DNA from: an uncultured Chloroflexia bacterium
GTDB lineage: Bacteria > Chloroflexota > Chloroflexia > Thermomicrobiales > UBA6265
Assembly: GCA_963724295.1 (NCBI GenBank)
Contig: CAVRUC010000008.1
Span: 256,001-320,000, forward strand
DNA: 64,000 bases
Reading direction: 5' to 3'
Shown here: positions 38,926-48,501 of the stretch, piece after piece
How positions within the stretch are numbered: position 1 is the stretch's first letter
How the letters are laid out: each line of letters starts with the position of its first letter
The notes under the pieces: generated by a model
Databases searched by the model: none
Told to the model about the DNA's origin: nothing
Seen by the model: the letters and a program-made list of their open reading frames with translations, nothing else
Program-made: the position numbers and the translations under genes

Positions 38926-41900
38926 CTAATCTGCCGAACCGGTAGCTGGTTTGGTCGTGCTCCACGGGATCTGGTCCGTCTCAGCTTCAGCTTGCAGGGC
39001 TGGGAGCGAAGGCCAGATACAAAGGAGGCAAGACGATGAGACTGACAATGGTTGCGGTGACCAGTCCGCCCAGAATGACGACCACGGCCGACCGGACGAC
39101 CTCGTTCCCCAGCACCGGTGCCGGCCCAACCAGGGGCAACAACGCCAGAGCAGTGGCCACCGCGGTGGTCACGATCGGCGCCACCCGCTCTCGCGCGCCT
39201 CTCAAGACCAGGGCCGGGCGGAAGGGCCCGCCCTCATCCCGCTCTGTCTGCAGGTAACTGTTCATGAGCAAGAGCGCGTTGCGTGCGGTCAGGAGGAACA
39301 CTCCCAACAAGCCGGCCAGCGCGCCGAGTGAGATCACGCCGTCAACCGCCAATGCCGCGACTAGGCCCCCGGCGAGTGCCGCCGGCAACGCGAGGAAGAC
39401 TGACCCCCGCCAGCCGCCAGCTTCCGAAGGCGGCCTGGAGCAGCAGGTAAATGCCAATCAGCGCGGCGATTGCAAAGCCAAGCAACTTCTGCTCCTCGGT
39501 CTGCTGCGCTGCATAGTCACCGAGGATTTCAGCGTGGTATTCCAGCGGGAACTGGACACCCTCCAGCGCTCGCGCGATGTCGCTGCTGACGGCACTCGGA
39601 TCCCGCCCAACCACATCTGCGCCGACATCGAGGTAGCGAAAGACGCCCTGATGGGTGATGCGTATTGACGCTCGGCGCCACCCGCACATCGGCCACGTCA
39701 CCCAGCCGCACGTGCTCTCCACCCGGGGTATCAATCAGCAACTCACGGACGCTGGTCACGCTGTGGCGCGTCTCCGGCACCCCCCAGACCACCACCTCGA
39801 ACACCTTCTGATCTTCGAAGAGGTTGCCGACTTCCATCCCCGACAGCAGCGCCGCCGCGGCGCGGCGCACATCACCCGGCTTGACACCGGCCTCCTGGGC
39901 ACTTGGCCAAGATCGACCTCGATCTCGACGTTCGGCTCTTCGATCAGTGCCGACACGTGTGGATCGGCGACGCCTTCGATTCCCCCAATAAGGGTACGAA
40001 CTTCTTCTGCCTTGGCGCGGAGGATATCGAGGTCCTGGCCGTAGAGCCGGACGACGACGGCATCCGGCGACCCACTCAGAATCTCCCGCAGCCGCTCGTC
40101 CGAGTAGGTCAGGACTTCGCGGTCGAGACCCGGATAGCCATCCACCACCTCCTGGATAGCGGTGACGGCTGTCTGTTGGTCGGCGGCAGGATCGAGGTTG
40201 ACCCAGATTTCCCCGCCGTTCACGTCGGTGGACTGGTCGGACGTAATGGCGCGCCCCACGTGGGCTCCCACGTTGCGGACCCCAGGAATCGCCCGTAGCT
40301 CCTGAACGACAAGGCCAGTGACCCGGTTCATCTCAGGCAGAGACGTCCCGGGAGCGCCCTCCCAGTGAATCAGCAGGTCCCTGTCCTGCAAGGAAGGAAG
40401 CATCGCGTGGCCGGTCAGCGGGAGGACCGCGAGGCCAAGTGCAACGAGAGCAGCCCAGACCCCGAGCGCCCAGCGCGGGCGGCCGACGATGGGCGCGAGG
40501 ACCCGGTCGTAGCGGTGCTGGAGGTGATAGACGAGCGGCGACTCGCGCCGGTCAAGCGGTGCATTCCGTAGAAGGAGCAGGGCAAGTGCCGGCGTAACGG
40601 TGAGCGCGACGACCATCGAGGCCAGCAGCGCCAACGCGTAGGACAGCGCAAGAGGTCCAAAGAACGCGTTAGGAAGACCCCACGTGAACCCAACAAACAA
40701 GACAGGCAACAACGCGAGCAGACCGATCAGCGTCGCGTAGACGAGCGGACCGCGTGTCTCGAGCACAGCTCTCCGAACAACATCCGCCGACGACGTTGCG
40801 AGCGCGTCCTGTGGCCGCTGTTGGAGGCGCCGCCTGATGGCATCGACTGGGGTGACGGCATCGCCAACGAGGGCGACCAGAGCTACCACGAATCCGGTCA
40901 AGATGACGGTATTGAAGGTGGCACCACGCAGGTAGAGCACGAGTCCAGCGGCAACCAGCGAGAGCGGGATCGCCACGGCGATGACCACCGTGCTTCGCCA
41001 GTCATACGAGAAGGCGGCGATCACCAGGACTAGCAGGAAGGCGCCGACCAGCAGGGCAGCACCGAGATTGCCGATCGCCGTGTCGATCGAGGACGCCGGC
41101 CGATAGACGGAGGTGTCGATCTCAATTCCGGTCAGACCCGGGGCGAGCGCCGCCAGCGCCGCTTCCACACCCTTTGTCACCTCGAGGGTGTTGGCGTCGG
41201 GGAACTTCTCGATCACGAGCAATAGGTCGCCATCGCTGTTACCGGAGATGTTGTCGCCAATGAGCGGCTGGTGGTCTTCGACGACGGTGGCCACGTCACT
41301 GAGGCGGAGCACTTGCTCATCTGAGTTCTCACCGCCGATATCATCAGTTGTCAGCGGAACCTGAGCCAGATCGTCCGCGGTCTTGATGGGGAGCAGGTGC
41401 TGGATGCCGAGCCGCTGGTTGGGGGTGTCGATAAATCCGCCGGTACCGGGGGTCGACGCTTCCAGGAAGGTCAGGGGCGAGACCCAGAGCGCGTTGCCGG
41501 TGGTCTCGATAACATCGAGGAGCGAGACATTGTTCTCTCGTAGCCGCTCCGGATCGACCTGCACCTGGAGCTGCCGGTTCCGCTCCCCCCAGATCGCGAC
41601 ATTCGCGACACCGGGGATCCCCAACAGGCGGGGCTTGATTGTCCAGTGGGCGATCACCGACATGTCGATGGGCGAGACTTGGTCTGAAGAGAGCCGAGCC
41701 AACATGACCCGGCTCAGCGACGACAAAGGCTGGATCATCTGCGGCGGTCTCGAAACCTGCGGTAGTGCGTGCGCCTCTGTCAAGCGTTCTTGCACGACCT
41801 GCCGCGCGCGCATGATGTCCGTCCCAGGCTCGAAGATGAGCTGGATCCTGGAGAGTCCGGGTAGCGACTCGGACTGGATGTCGTCAAGCCAGGCCACTCC

Positions 41901-42122
41901 ATTGAGCAGGTCCTGCTCCATAGGAACAGTGATCAATTGCTCGACTTCCGGAGCGGAAAGCCCGAGCGCTTCGGTCTGAATCTCCACCATCGTCGGGGTG
42001 AACTCCGGCAGGACGTCCACCGGCACCTCGGAGAGCTGCCTGACGCCGACGATCATGATGGCCACAGCGAGGGCGACGACCACGAGGCGATACTTCAAAC
42101 TCGACTCGACGATCCAGCGCAT
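38926..42122 (-). CDS. RND efflux permease, copy 1 (degenerate proton-relay motif); about five +1 frameshifts
   Basis: 'PVDVLPEFTPTMVEIQTE'; paralogous to copy 2 along its length. Frame breaks near 39905, 39900, 39663, 39405 and probably 38992 (otherwise the stop is at 38987). Confidence 0.85.
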
Positions 42123-42590
42123 CGTTGCTCTCCCCGCGGGCGAGACCACTAAGGGTGCCTGAGACCTGCGATACGCAACCGCACCGCAGTCGCGCACGCA
42201 TGTCGCCGGGATCACCAGACGGTAGCTGTGCGCGCATGCACGACTACCGAATCCGACTCAACGGAAAACTGATCGGTTATCTATCCAAGAGATCATTATG
42301 ACTATACATCAAAACTTCATCTTCTACGGATGGATACTGTCTAAGGCACTTTAGGGCCTGGCTGGGCCGGGTGTGAGCGTGGCATCCGCGGCCCCAGTAG
42401 GGGCTGATAACTTGCCGGACCGCGGTGCCGTGCCCGGCTAAATAACTCAGCGCCTGTCAACTTCTCCAGGGACAGAAGTCGAACTTTCCAGATTTCGGTC
42501 GATACCACGATTGACGCGATTTTTGCGGACGTGTACAAACCAGTTGCGCGCGAGTCTGGGACGCGCTGCTGGGTGGAGGAAAAGGGGAAG

Positions 42591-43236
42591 ATGCGAATGT
42601 TCATTCTGATGCGGTTAATAGCGGCGATCGTCGTCGCGGTGGGGCTGTCCGTGGCGACGAGTAGCCCAAGTGCCGCCCAAGACGATGTGGCGACGGGTCG
42701 GACCGCGGCGCAGGAAGTGCGCGAACTGGTGCTCAAACAGCGCGAGCGAGTGCTGGCCCACGTAGCGGCGATCATGGCTGGTGACGAGGAAGACACTGAG
42801 TCGGCTGAGATAGCCGAGATAGAAGAGGCCGAGGAGGGCGAGGACGGGGCCGAGGAGGGTGAGGACGGCGAAGACGAAGACGAAGACGAAGAGCGAAGAC
42901 GAAGGCGTCGGCGGCGAGGACTGCGAGGTAGCCCCCGGCGGAGCCGTTGGTGGCGAAGCAGAAGGTGACGCCGTCGCCGGCGACGAAGCAGAAGATGAGG
43001 CTTCCGCCGACGAAGCGGGGGCTGAGGAAGAGGAAACTGGCGAGTCCGTCGGCGGCGAAGCAGAAGACGCTCAACCGGTAGGTGGTGACGCCGATACTGC
43101 GGGCGAGCAGGAGGTTTGCATTTTGCCGTCGACAGGTACAGGCACTAGCGATGATACGTCCGGCGTGCTATCGGCGTTTGCTGCACTCGCGGCTGTAGTC
43201 GCCGCCGGGTTCGGCCTGCGGCAGAGATTCATCTGA
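42591..43236 (+). CDS. Acidic secreted protein with LPxTG-type C-terminal sorting signal; one +1 frameshift at ~42893
   Basis: Signal peptide and Glu/Asp-rich body. An extra G in the GAAGAC tract splits it into two track ORFs. It ends 'LPSTG' + hydrophobic helix + 'RQRFI'. Confidence 0.75.
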
Positions 43237-43392
43237 GACGCAGTTCGGAAAGTGATCCGCACCGCAGCTACTTCAGCGCCTACAAGGCGTCTGGAGGATT
43301 GATGAACAGACCGACCGTGGCGGTCACCGCCACGGTCGGATCCATCTGGTTGTCCATGATAGGCGGTTAGTGCCGTCCTGGGGAGTCGCCGG

Positions 43393-43953
43393 TCAATCGC
43401 CTCCAGCGCCGGCGATGCCGATTGGTGCGGCGGGGGCGGCAGACTCGTGGACCGGGACCCCGGCTTCCGGTCCAAAGCGCCCCTTGTAGGAACCGCGCAC
43501 CAGCTGACGCAGCAGGAGGACGAATTCGTCGTCATCGCGACCACCGGAGAGCCAGACAGTAAGCGGCCGGGCGCCCGCGACGCCTTGCAAGCGCACCCCA
43601 CCCCGACGCCGCGCCACGCCGCCAAACTCGGTCCAACGCCGGAACGGCGTCCAGGCGGCACGGATCCCTCGCGAGGTCATCGTGTAGCGAACGGGCAGGG
43701 CCAGCAACAGCGCCAGCAGCGCCGTCACCAGCAGGAGGGTCAGCGGACCGATCTTGCCCAATGCGAGCGAAACGACCGAGGCAACAAACACGAGTCCAAC
43801 CGACGGACCGTGCATGCGCAGGCGACCCAGCACGGACAGGGTCTCGCGGCCGACCAGGTTGCCAGAGGCTCGCTCACCCCACGGAACCCAGACCCGGGAA
43901 AACAGGGCCACGGTAACGGCCAGCAGGATGAGTGCGGTTGCGTTCAGGTTCAT
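43393..43953 (-). CDS. Hypothetical membrane protein (about 3 TM plus a small soluble domain)
   Basis: Three hydrophobic stretches, then 'RYTMTSRGI...FRRWTEF'. GAGGA SD upstream. Confidence 0.65.
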   Translation of the reverse strand: MNLNATALILLAVTVALFSRVWVPWGERASGNLVGRETLSVLGRLRMHGPSVGLVFVASVVSLALGKIGPLTLLLVTALLALLLALPVRYTMTSRGIRAAWTPFRRWTEFGGVARRRGGVRLQGVAGARPLTVWLSGGRDDDEFVLLLRQLVRGSYKGRFGPEAGVPVHESAAPAAPIGIAGAGGD

Positions 43954-44342
43954 GTCTCGGATCCTCAGGGAAGGGCTCAGGATGCGTCCACAGGGCTGGG
44001 CAAACTCACGGGCCAGTGCCCGCGCACCGAGTCGTTGAAGTGGACTTGCAAGAGTAGTTCCCGCGCCGGTGGGGCACAGCGTGCGCCCGCATTCGTACGC
44101 AATAAAAACGTCTGGCCGCGGCGGCGCGTTCCGATCCGGCGTCCGATGCCGGACATTGCTCTAGTGTGACACCTCATCACCGCGTAGTCTCTGGAGCAAT
44201 GTTAAGATCGAAGGACCCGTCAGTTGGCCGCGCGATACAAATCTCGTCCGGAGGTCAGGTTTGTTCCGAACTCTCCACGAGAATGACGCGCCATGCGAGG
44301 CAATGTGAGACGCTGCACCGCGGGGAGAGGAGGGGAACAACG

Positions 44343-45311
44343 ATGAATGCGAACGATATCCGACGCATAGCCGTGGTCGGAGCCGGGTTGATGGGGCACG
44401 GTATCGCCCTGGAGCTCGCCGCGCACGGGTTCACCGTCCAGCTGCACGACCGGGATCAGGCGCAGCTCGATCGAGCGCGTGACGGCATCACGAATGGACT
44501 GGCGCGCCTGGTCGCGATCGAGCGCATCACGCGCGACGCCGCGGCGGCGGCCCCGGGGCGAATCACCATGGGTCGCGATCTGCGCGCGGCCGTCACCGAC
44601 ACCGACCTGGTCATCGAGGCGGTTTCCGAGGACCTGGACGTCAAGCGGTCCATCTTTCGCGACCTCGACGCCTGGGCGCCGCCGAGCGCGATCCTGGCGA
44701 GCAACACATCGACCTTCATGCCGAGCTTGCTGGCGGCGGCCACCGATCGACCGCGGCAGGTGATCGTGACCCACTACTTCAACCCGCCCTATCTCCTGCC
44801 ACTGGTCGAGCTGGTGCGGGGCGACCAGACCTCTGACGAAACAGTGGAAACCTTGCGCGGGCTCTATCAGAGCATCGGCAAGAGCCCGGCCGTGGTGCAG
44901 AGAGAAGCGCCCGGGTTCGTCGGCAACCGTCTCCAGATCGCGCTCCTGCGCGAGGCACTCGCCATCGTCGACGCCGGCATCGCCAGCCCGCGGGACGTCG
45001 ATACGATCATCAGGACGAGTTTTGGCCGCCGCCTCGCGGTGGCCGGCGTCTTCGAGGTCTTCGAGGCCGCGGGCTGGGATCTGACCCTCACCGTCGCCGA
45101 GCAGCTCTTTCCCGCCATCGACCGCTCCTCCGAACCACCGGCGAGTCTTCGCCAGAAGGTCGCCCGCGGCGAGCTCGGTCTCAAGTCGGGGCAGGGCTTC
45201 TACACGTGGACGCCGGACGAAGCGGCGGCGCTGAGGAAGCGGATCGCCGATGGACTCGCCGCCATCGCCCGCCTCAGCGACGGTGCAAGCTCTGGAGACC
45301 CGGATGCATAG
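44343..45311 (+). CDS. 3-hydroxyacyl-CoA dehydrogenase family protein
   Basis: Motifs 'VVGAGLMGHGIA', 'EAVSEDLDVK', 'ASNTS', 'HYFNPP', 'GFVGNRLQ' and 'GLKSGQGFY'. Confidence 0.93.
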   Translation: MNANDIRRIAVVGAGLMGHGIALELAAHGFTVQLHDRDQAQLDRARDGITNGLARLVAIERITRDAAAAAPGRITMGRDLRAAVTDTDLVIEAVSEDLDVKRSIFRDLDAWAPPSAILASNTSTFMPSLLAAATDRPRQVIVTHYFNPPYLLPLVELVRGDQTSDETVETLRGLYQSIGKSPAVVQREAPGFVGNRLQIALLREALAIVDAGIASPRDVDTIIRTSFGRRLAVAGVFEVFEAAGWDLTLTVAEQLFPAIDRSSEPPASLRQKVARGELGLKSGQGFYTWTPDEAAALRKRIADGLAAIARLSDGASSGDPDA

Positions 45312-45335
45312 GGTAACGCCCATTCAGCTCCAGGC

Positions 45336-45377
45336 TCCCACGGGAATCTCATGAATCTCTCACGGCTGCGATAGACT
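45336..45377 (+). promoter_or_regulatory. Candidate activator-dependent promoter of the NHase operon
   Basis: TCCCAC-N5-TCTCAT-N5-TCTCAC (11-bp period) followed by the -10-like TAGACT. Confidence 0.45.
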
Positions 45378-45405
45378 GGAACCGTAACCCATCGGGAGGC
45401 GAGTG

Positions 45406-46071
45406 ATGAACGGCGTCCACGACATGGGCGGCATGCACGGCTTCGGTCCCATCGTGCGCGAGGAGAACGAGCCTCTCTTTCATGCAGACTGGGAGGCGCA
45501 TGTCCGCGCCATGATGGCGGTGGCCAGGGGCCGGGGCTACTTCAATATCGATGCGTCCCGACATGGCATCGAGCGGATGGAGCCGGCGCACTACCTGCGG
45601 GCGTCGTACTACGAGCGCTGGCTGGCCACGATCGAACTGAACCTGATCGAAGGCGGCTTCCTGTCCGGCGAGGAGCTCGACGCCAGAACGGAGTTGTTGC
45701 GGGAGGATCCCGAGGCCCCACTTCCGCGCAGCGCCGCCATCGCGACCGTGCCGGAGCCGCCGGATGAGCACCCCGGCTCTCCACTTCCAGTGTCACGCTT
45801 TGCTGTGGGCGACGCTGTCGTAACGCGCAACGTTCACCCGCCGGGACACACCCGGCTTCCGCGCTATGCGCGTGGCAAGCGAGGCGTCATCCAACGTCTT
45901 CACGGAGCGCAGATCTTTCCCGACACCAACGCCCACGGACTTGGCGAGAATCCGCAGCCGCTCTACGCGGTCCGGTTCGAAGCCCATGAGCTGTGGGGGG
46001 AGGCCGCTGAATCAAGCCAGACAGTTTCGATCGACTTGTGGGAAAGCTACCTGGAGCCGGCTGCGCGATGA
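45406..46071 (+). CDS. nthB: Nitrile hydratase beta subunit
   Basis: Motifs 'MNGVHDMGGMHGFGP', 'RHGIERM..YLRASYYERW', 'GHTRLPRYARGKRG' and 'IDLWESYL'. Confidence 0.96.
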   Translation: MNGVHDMGGMHGFGPIVREENEPLFHADWEAHVRAMMAVARGRGYFNIDASRHGIERMEPAHYLRASYYERWLATIELNLIEGGFLSGEELDARTELLREDPEAPLPRSAAIATVPEPPDEHPGSPLPVSRFAVGDAVVTRNVHPPGHTRLPRYARGKRGVIQRLHGAQIFPDTNAHGLGENPQPLYAVRFEAHELWGEAAESSQTVSIDLWESYLEPAAR

Positions 46072-46120
46072 ACCTGCACGAGGCCGGATTGGACAGGCGT
46101 TTACGTCAAGGATGCGAATC

Positions 46121-46735
46121 ATGACCTATGACCCGGAGCAGGAGCCGTATGTGGCGCTACGGACCAAGGCCCTGGAGTCGCTCCTGATCGAGAAGGGTCT
46201 GCTAACGGCCGAAGCCGTCGATGAGCAGATCAGCGAGTATGAGCGAGATATCGGTCCGCTGAAGGGGGCCAGGGTCGTGGCCCGCGCCTGGGTCGATCCG
46301 GACTTCAAGGCGCGGTTGCTCCAGGACGGGTCCGCTATCGCCGAGCTGGGTCTTCCCGGCGGCGGCAACCTCGTCGTGGTCGAGAACACGCCAAGCGAGC
46401 ACCACATGGTCGTCTGCACGCTCTGCTCGTGCTATCCCTGGATGGTGCTCGGCCTGCCGCCGACCTGGTACAAGAGCTTCGCCTATCGCTCGCGGGCGGT
46501 GATCGAACCGCGAGCGGTCCTCCGCGAGTTCGGGTTGGAGCTCGACGAAAGGGTCACGGTGCACGTCCACGACAGCAGCGCGGAGGTCCGCTACATGGTG
46601 CTCCCAGAGCGTCCCGCCGGCAGCGAGGGATTGACGGAAGAGGAGCTGGCGGCGCTGGTCACGCGCGACGCCATGATTGGCGTGGCCAAGGTCGGTGGGC
46701 CGGTCCATCATCTCCAGGGCGTAGTTCCCGGCTAG
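46121..46735 (+). CDS. nthA: Cobalt-type nitrile hydratase alpha subunit
   Basis: 'GARVVARAWVDPDFKARLL', metal claw 'VVCTLCSCYPW' (Thr/Tyr signature of Co-type enzymes), 'LGLPPTWYKS' and 'DSSAEVRY'. Confidence 0.96.
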   Translation: MTYDPEQEPYVALRTKALESLLIEKGLLTAEAVDEQISEYERDIGPLKGARVVARAWVDPDFKARLLQDGSAIAELGLPGGGNLVVVENTPSEHHMVVCTLCSCYPWMVLGLPPTWYKSFAYRSRAVIEPRAVLREFGLELDERVTVHVHDSSAEVRYMVLPERPAGSEGLTEEELAALVTRDAMIGVAKVGGPVHHLQGVVPG

Positions 46736-46751
46736 GACGCGCGGAGCGACG

Positions 46752-47603
46752 ATGTCCGATCGACGCATCGAGGATCTCGGCGACAGCCTGGCCGTGCCCC
46801 GCAAGAACGGGGAGCTCGTTTTCGAGGCTCCCTGGGAGGGGCGCGTCTTCGGCATGGCAGTCGCCCTGAGCGATGACCAGCTCTACGCCTGGGACGAGTT
46901 TCGAGACCACCTGGTCGCGGAGATCGCGGCCGCCGAAGAGCATGGGGATGCCTCCGGTTACTACGAGCGCTGGCTGGCGTCGTTCGAGCGCCTCTTGCTC
47001 GACAGCGGTGTGGTCACCGCCGACGAGCTCGATACACGGACCGCCGCATACGCGGCCGGGGTCTATGACGAGCACGAGCACTACGAGACGACGTCGGACG
47101 CCATTGCCAGTCTGACGCGCTCGCCGCATACGTCCGGGGTGCGCAATATCGTCTGGCGGGCCGACGGGGAGCCGATCAACGTTTTCCGCCGCCCGGGGCA
47201 GCTGTTCGTTTGCGCGACCGGCTGCTGCTGCGGGCACACGGAACGAGGTCACGCGCCGGTGCCGGAGGAGCTCTATCACCGCGAGTGGGCGCGGCGGCGC
47301 ATCCGCCACAAGGTGCATCTGTCGTTGGGGGGATGCCTGGGTCCCTGCGCGCTCTCGAATGTCGCGCTGCTGCTCTTCGCCGGCCACCAGATCTGGTTCC
47401 ACTCGATCGCCGGTGACGAGCAGGTGATCGCCATTTTCGACTACATCGAGGCGATGGTCCGCGCGGATCGGTACCTGCCGCCGCCACCCGCCCTCGCTCC
47501 GCAAGTCTTCGACGTCTTCGACTGGCCCGGGCCGGAAGCCGCCGCGCCGGGTGCCGAGCCGGCGTACCAGGAAGCGCTCGCCGCTAACCTCCCCTCTGGA
47601 TAG
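46752..47603 (+). CDS. Nitrile hydratase accessory/activator protein fused to a Cys-rich thioredoxin-like ferredoxin domain
   Basis: N-domain: 'PRKNGELVFEAPWEGRVFGMAVAL', 'YYERWLASFERLL', 'DEHEH'. C-domain: 'VCATGCCCG...HLSLGGCLGPC..SNV'. Confidence 0.85.
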   Translation: MSDRRIEDLGDSLAVPRKNGELVFEAPWEGRVFGMAVALSDDQLYAWDEFRDHLVAEIAAAEEHGDASGYYERWLASFERLLLDSGVVTADELDTRTAAYAAGVYDEHEHYETTSDAIASLTRSPHTSGVRNIVWRADGEPINVFRRPGQLFVCATGCCCGHTERGHAPVPEELYHREWARRRIRHKVHLSLGGCLGPCALSNVALLLFAGHQIWFHSIAGDEQVIAIFDYIEAMVRADRYLPPPPALAPQVFDVFDWPGPEAAAPGAEPAYQEALAANLPSG

Positions 47604-47650
47604 AGGAGGCTTGCACCTGGCGCGAGCGACGAATGCGTTCGCTAACGCTA

Positions 47651-47750
47651 GACACAGCAAAACGCCGACAAGTTCCGCGCTTGCGCGCGAGCCTCATCGG
47701 CGTCTGCTGTGCCGCCCGCTTCCGGGATTGCTCCCGTCCGCGTTTGGCGT
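47651..47750 (-). ncRNA. Candidate structured small RNA or orphan cis-regulatory leader
   Basis: Two GCAA-capped hairpins with G-U pairs on the minus strand, directly downstream of a near-consensus promoter. No minus-strand gene follows. Confidence 0.55.
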
Positions 47751-47756
47751 ACAGTG

Positions 47757-47785
47757 AACGTACACCCTCCGTGCCCCGTTGTCAA
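47757..47785 (-). promoter_or_regulatory. Sigma70-type promoter for the candidate RNA
   Basis: TTGACA-N17-TACGTT on the minus strand. Confidence 0.65.
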
Positions 47786-47804
47786 TACCCTGAAGAAAAG
47801 ATCC

Positions 47805-48356
47805 TCAACCGAGCGGCGCGTAATCAAGGATCGCCAGGTAGCTGCAGCGCTCGGAGCTGGGGTTTTCGAAGCGATGTGAGACGCTGGCCCGGAAGTAGAA
47901 GGCATCGCCCTCCTGCAAGAGGTGCGGCTCCGCGCCGATAACGATCTGAAGCGTGCCCGACTCGACGAGCACGTACTTGTCGATGGCCGGGTGGTACGGA
48001 CGGAGATCGTCGGTGGCGGTGAAGGGCGGCAAGATAGCGCGGATGAACTCGATACCGCGACCGGCGAAAGCGGGGGAGAGCAATTGACGCTCGATCCCCG
48101 TTACCGGGTCGCGGAAGACCAGGCGCTCGCCCTTGGGAATGGTGACGACCGGACGCCGATCCTCATCCCCCAACAATTCCGCGAGACTGACCCTGAGCGC
48201 CCGCGCGACGTTTGTGGCCGCGGTGAGCGAGGGGCTGTGCTCGCCGCGCTCGAGATTGGAGAGCGTGGCGCGGCTGATCCCGGCCGCCGTGGCCAGGGCA
48301 TCCAGGGTCAATCCCTGCCGCTGCCGCGCCGTGCGTACCCGCGCGCCGAAGCGCAT
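47805..48356 (-). CDS. XRE-family HTH + cupin transcriptional regulator (true start may be 48408 if one base is a spurious insertion)
   Basis: HTH 'GLTLDALATAAGISRATLSNLERGEHSPS'; cupin 'LQEGDAFYF...HRFEN'. Confidence 0.9.
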   Translation of the reverse strand: MRFGARVRTARQRQGLTLDALATAAGISRATLSNLERGEHSPSLTAATNVARALRVSLAELLGDEDRRPVVTIPKGERLVFRDPVTGIERQLLSPAFAGRGIEFIRAILPPFTATDDLRPYHPAIDKYVLVESGTLQIVIGAEPHLLQEGDAFYFRASVSHRFENPSSERCSYLAILDYAPLG

Positions 48357-48501
48357 GGTGATGGTTGGGTCCGGAGGCAGCCGCGGTTGGGGCAGACGTT
48401 TGTATCATAAATTGGATTTCTCCATTATAGTAGAATCGCCAACCGACGAGTCGGTTCCTAACGGTCTAGGATACCGGGGAGCCGGGAGAGGTAGCGGTCT
48501 G

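Noticed and set aside
43995..44075. c-di-GMP-I riboswitch (GGGCAAAC start)
   Set aside because: The GNRA-capped P2, the GCAAAG junction and P3 features are not present.
46121..46735. NHLP RiPP precursor or Fe-type NHase
   Set aside because: It has the full metal-binding CTLCSCY motif with the Co-type signature and a complete beta subunit next to it.
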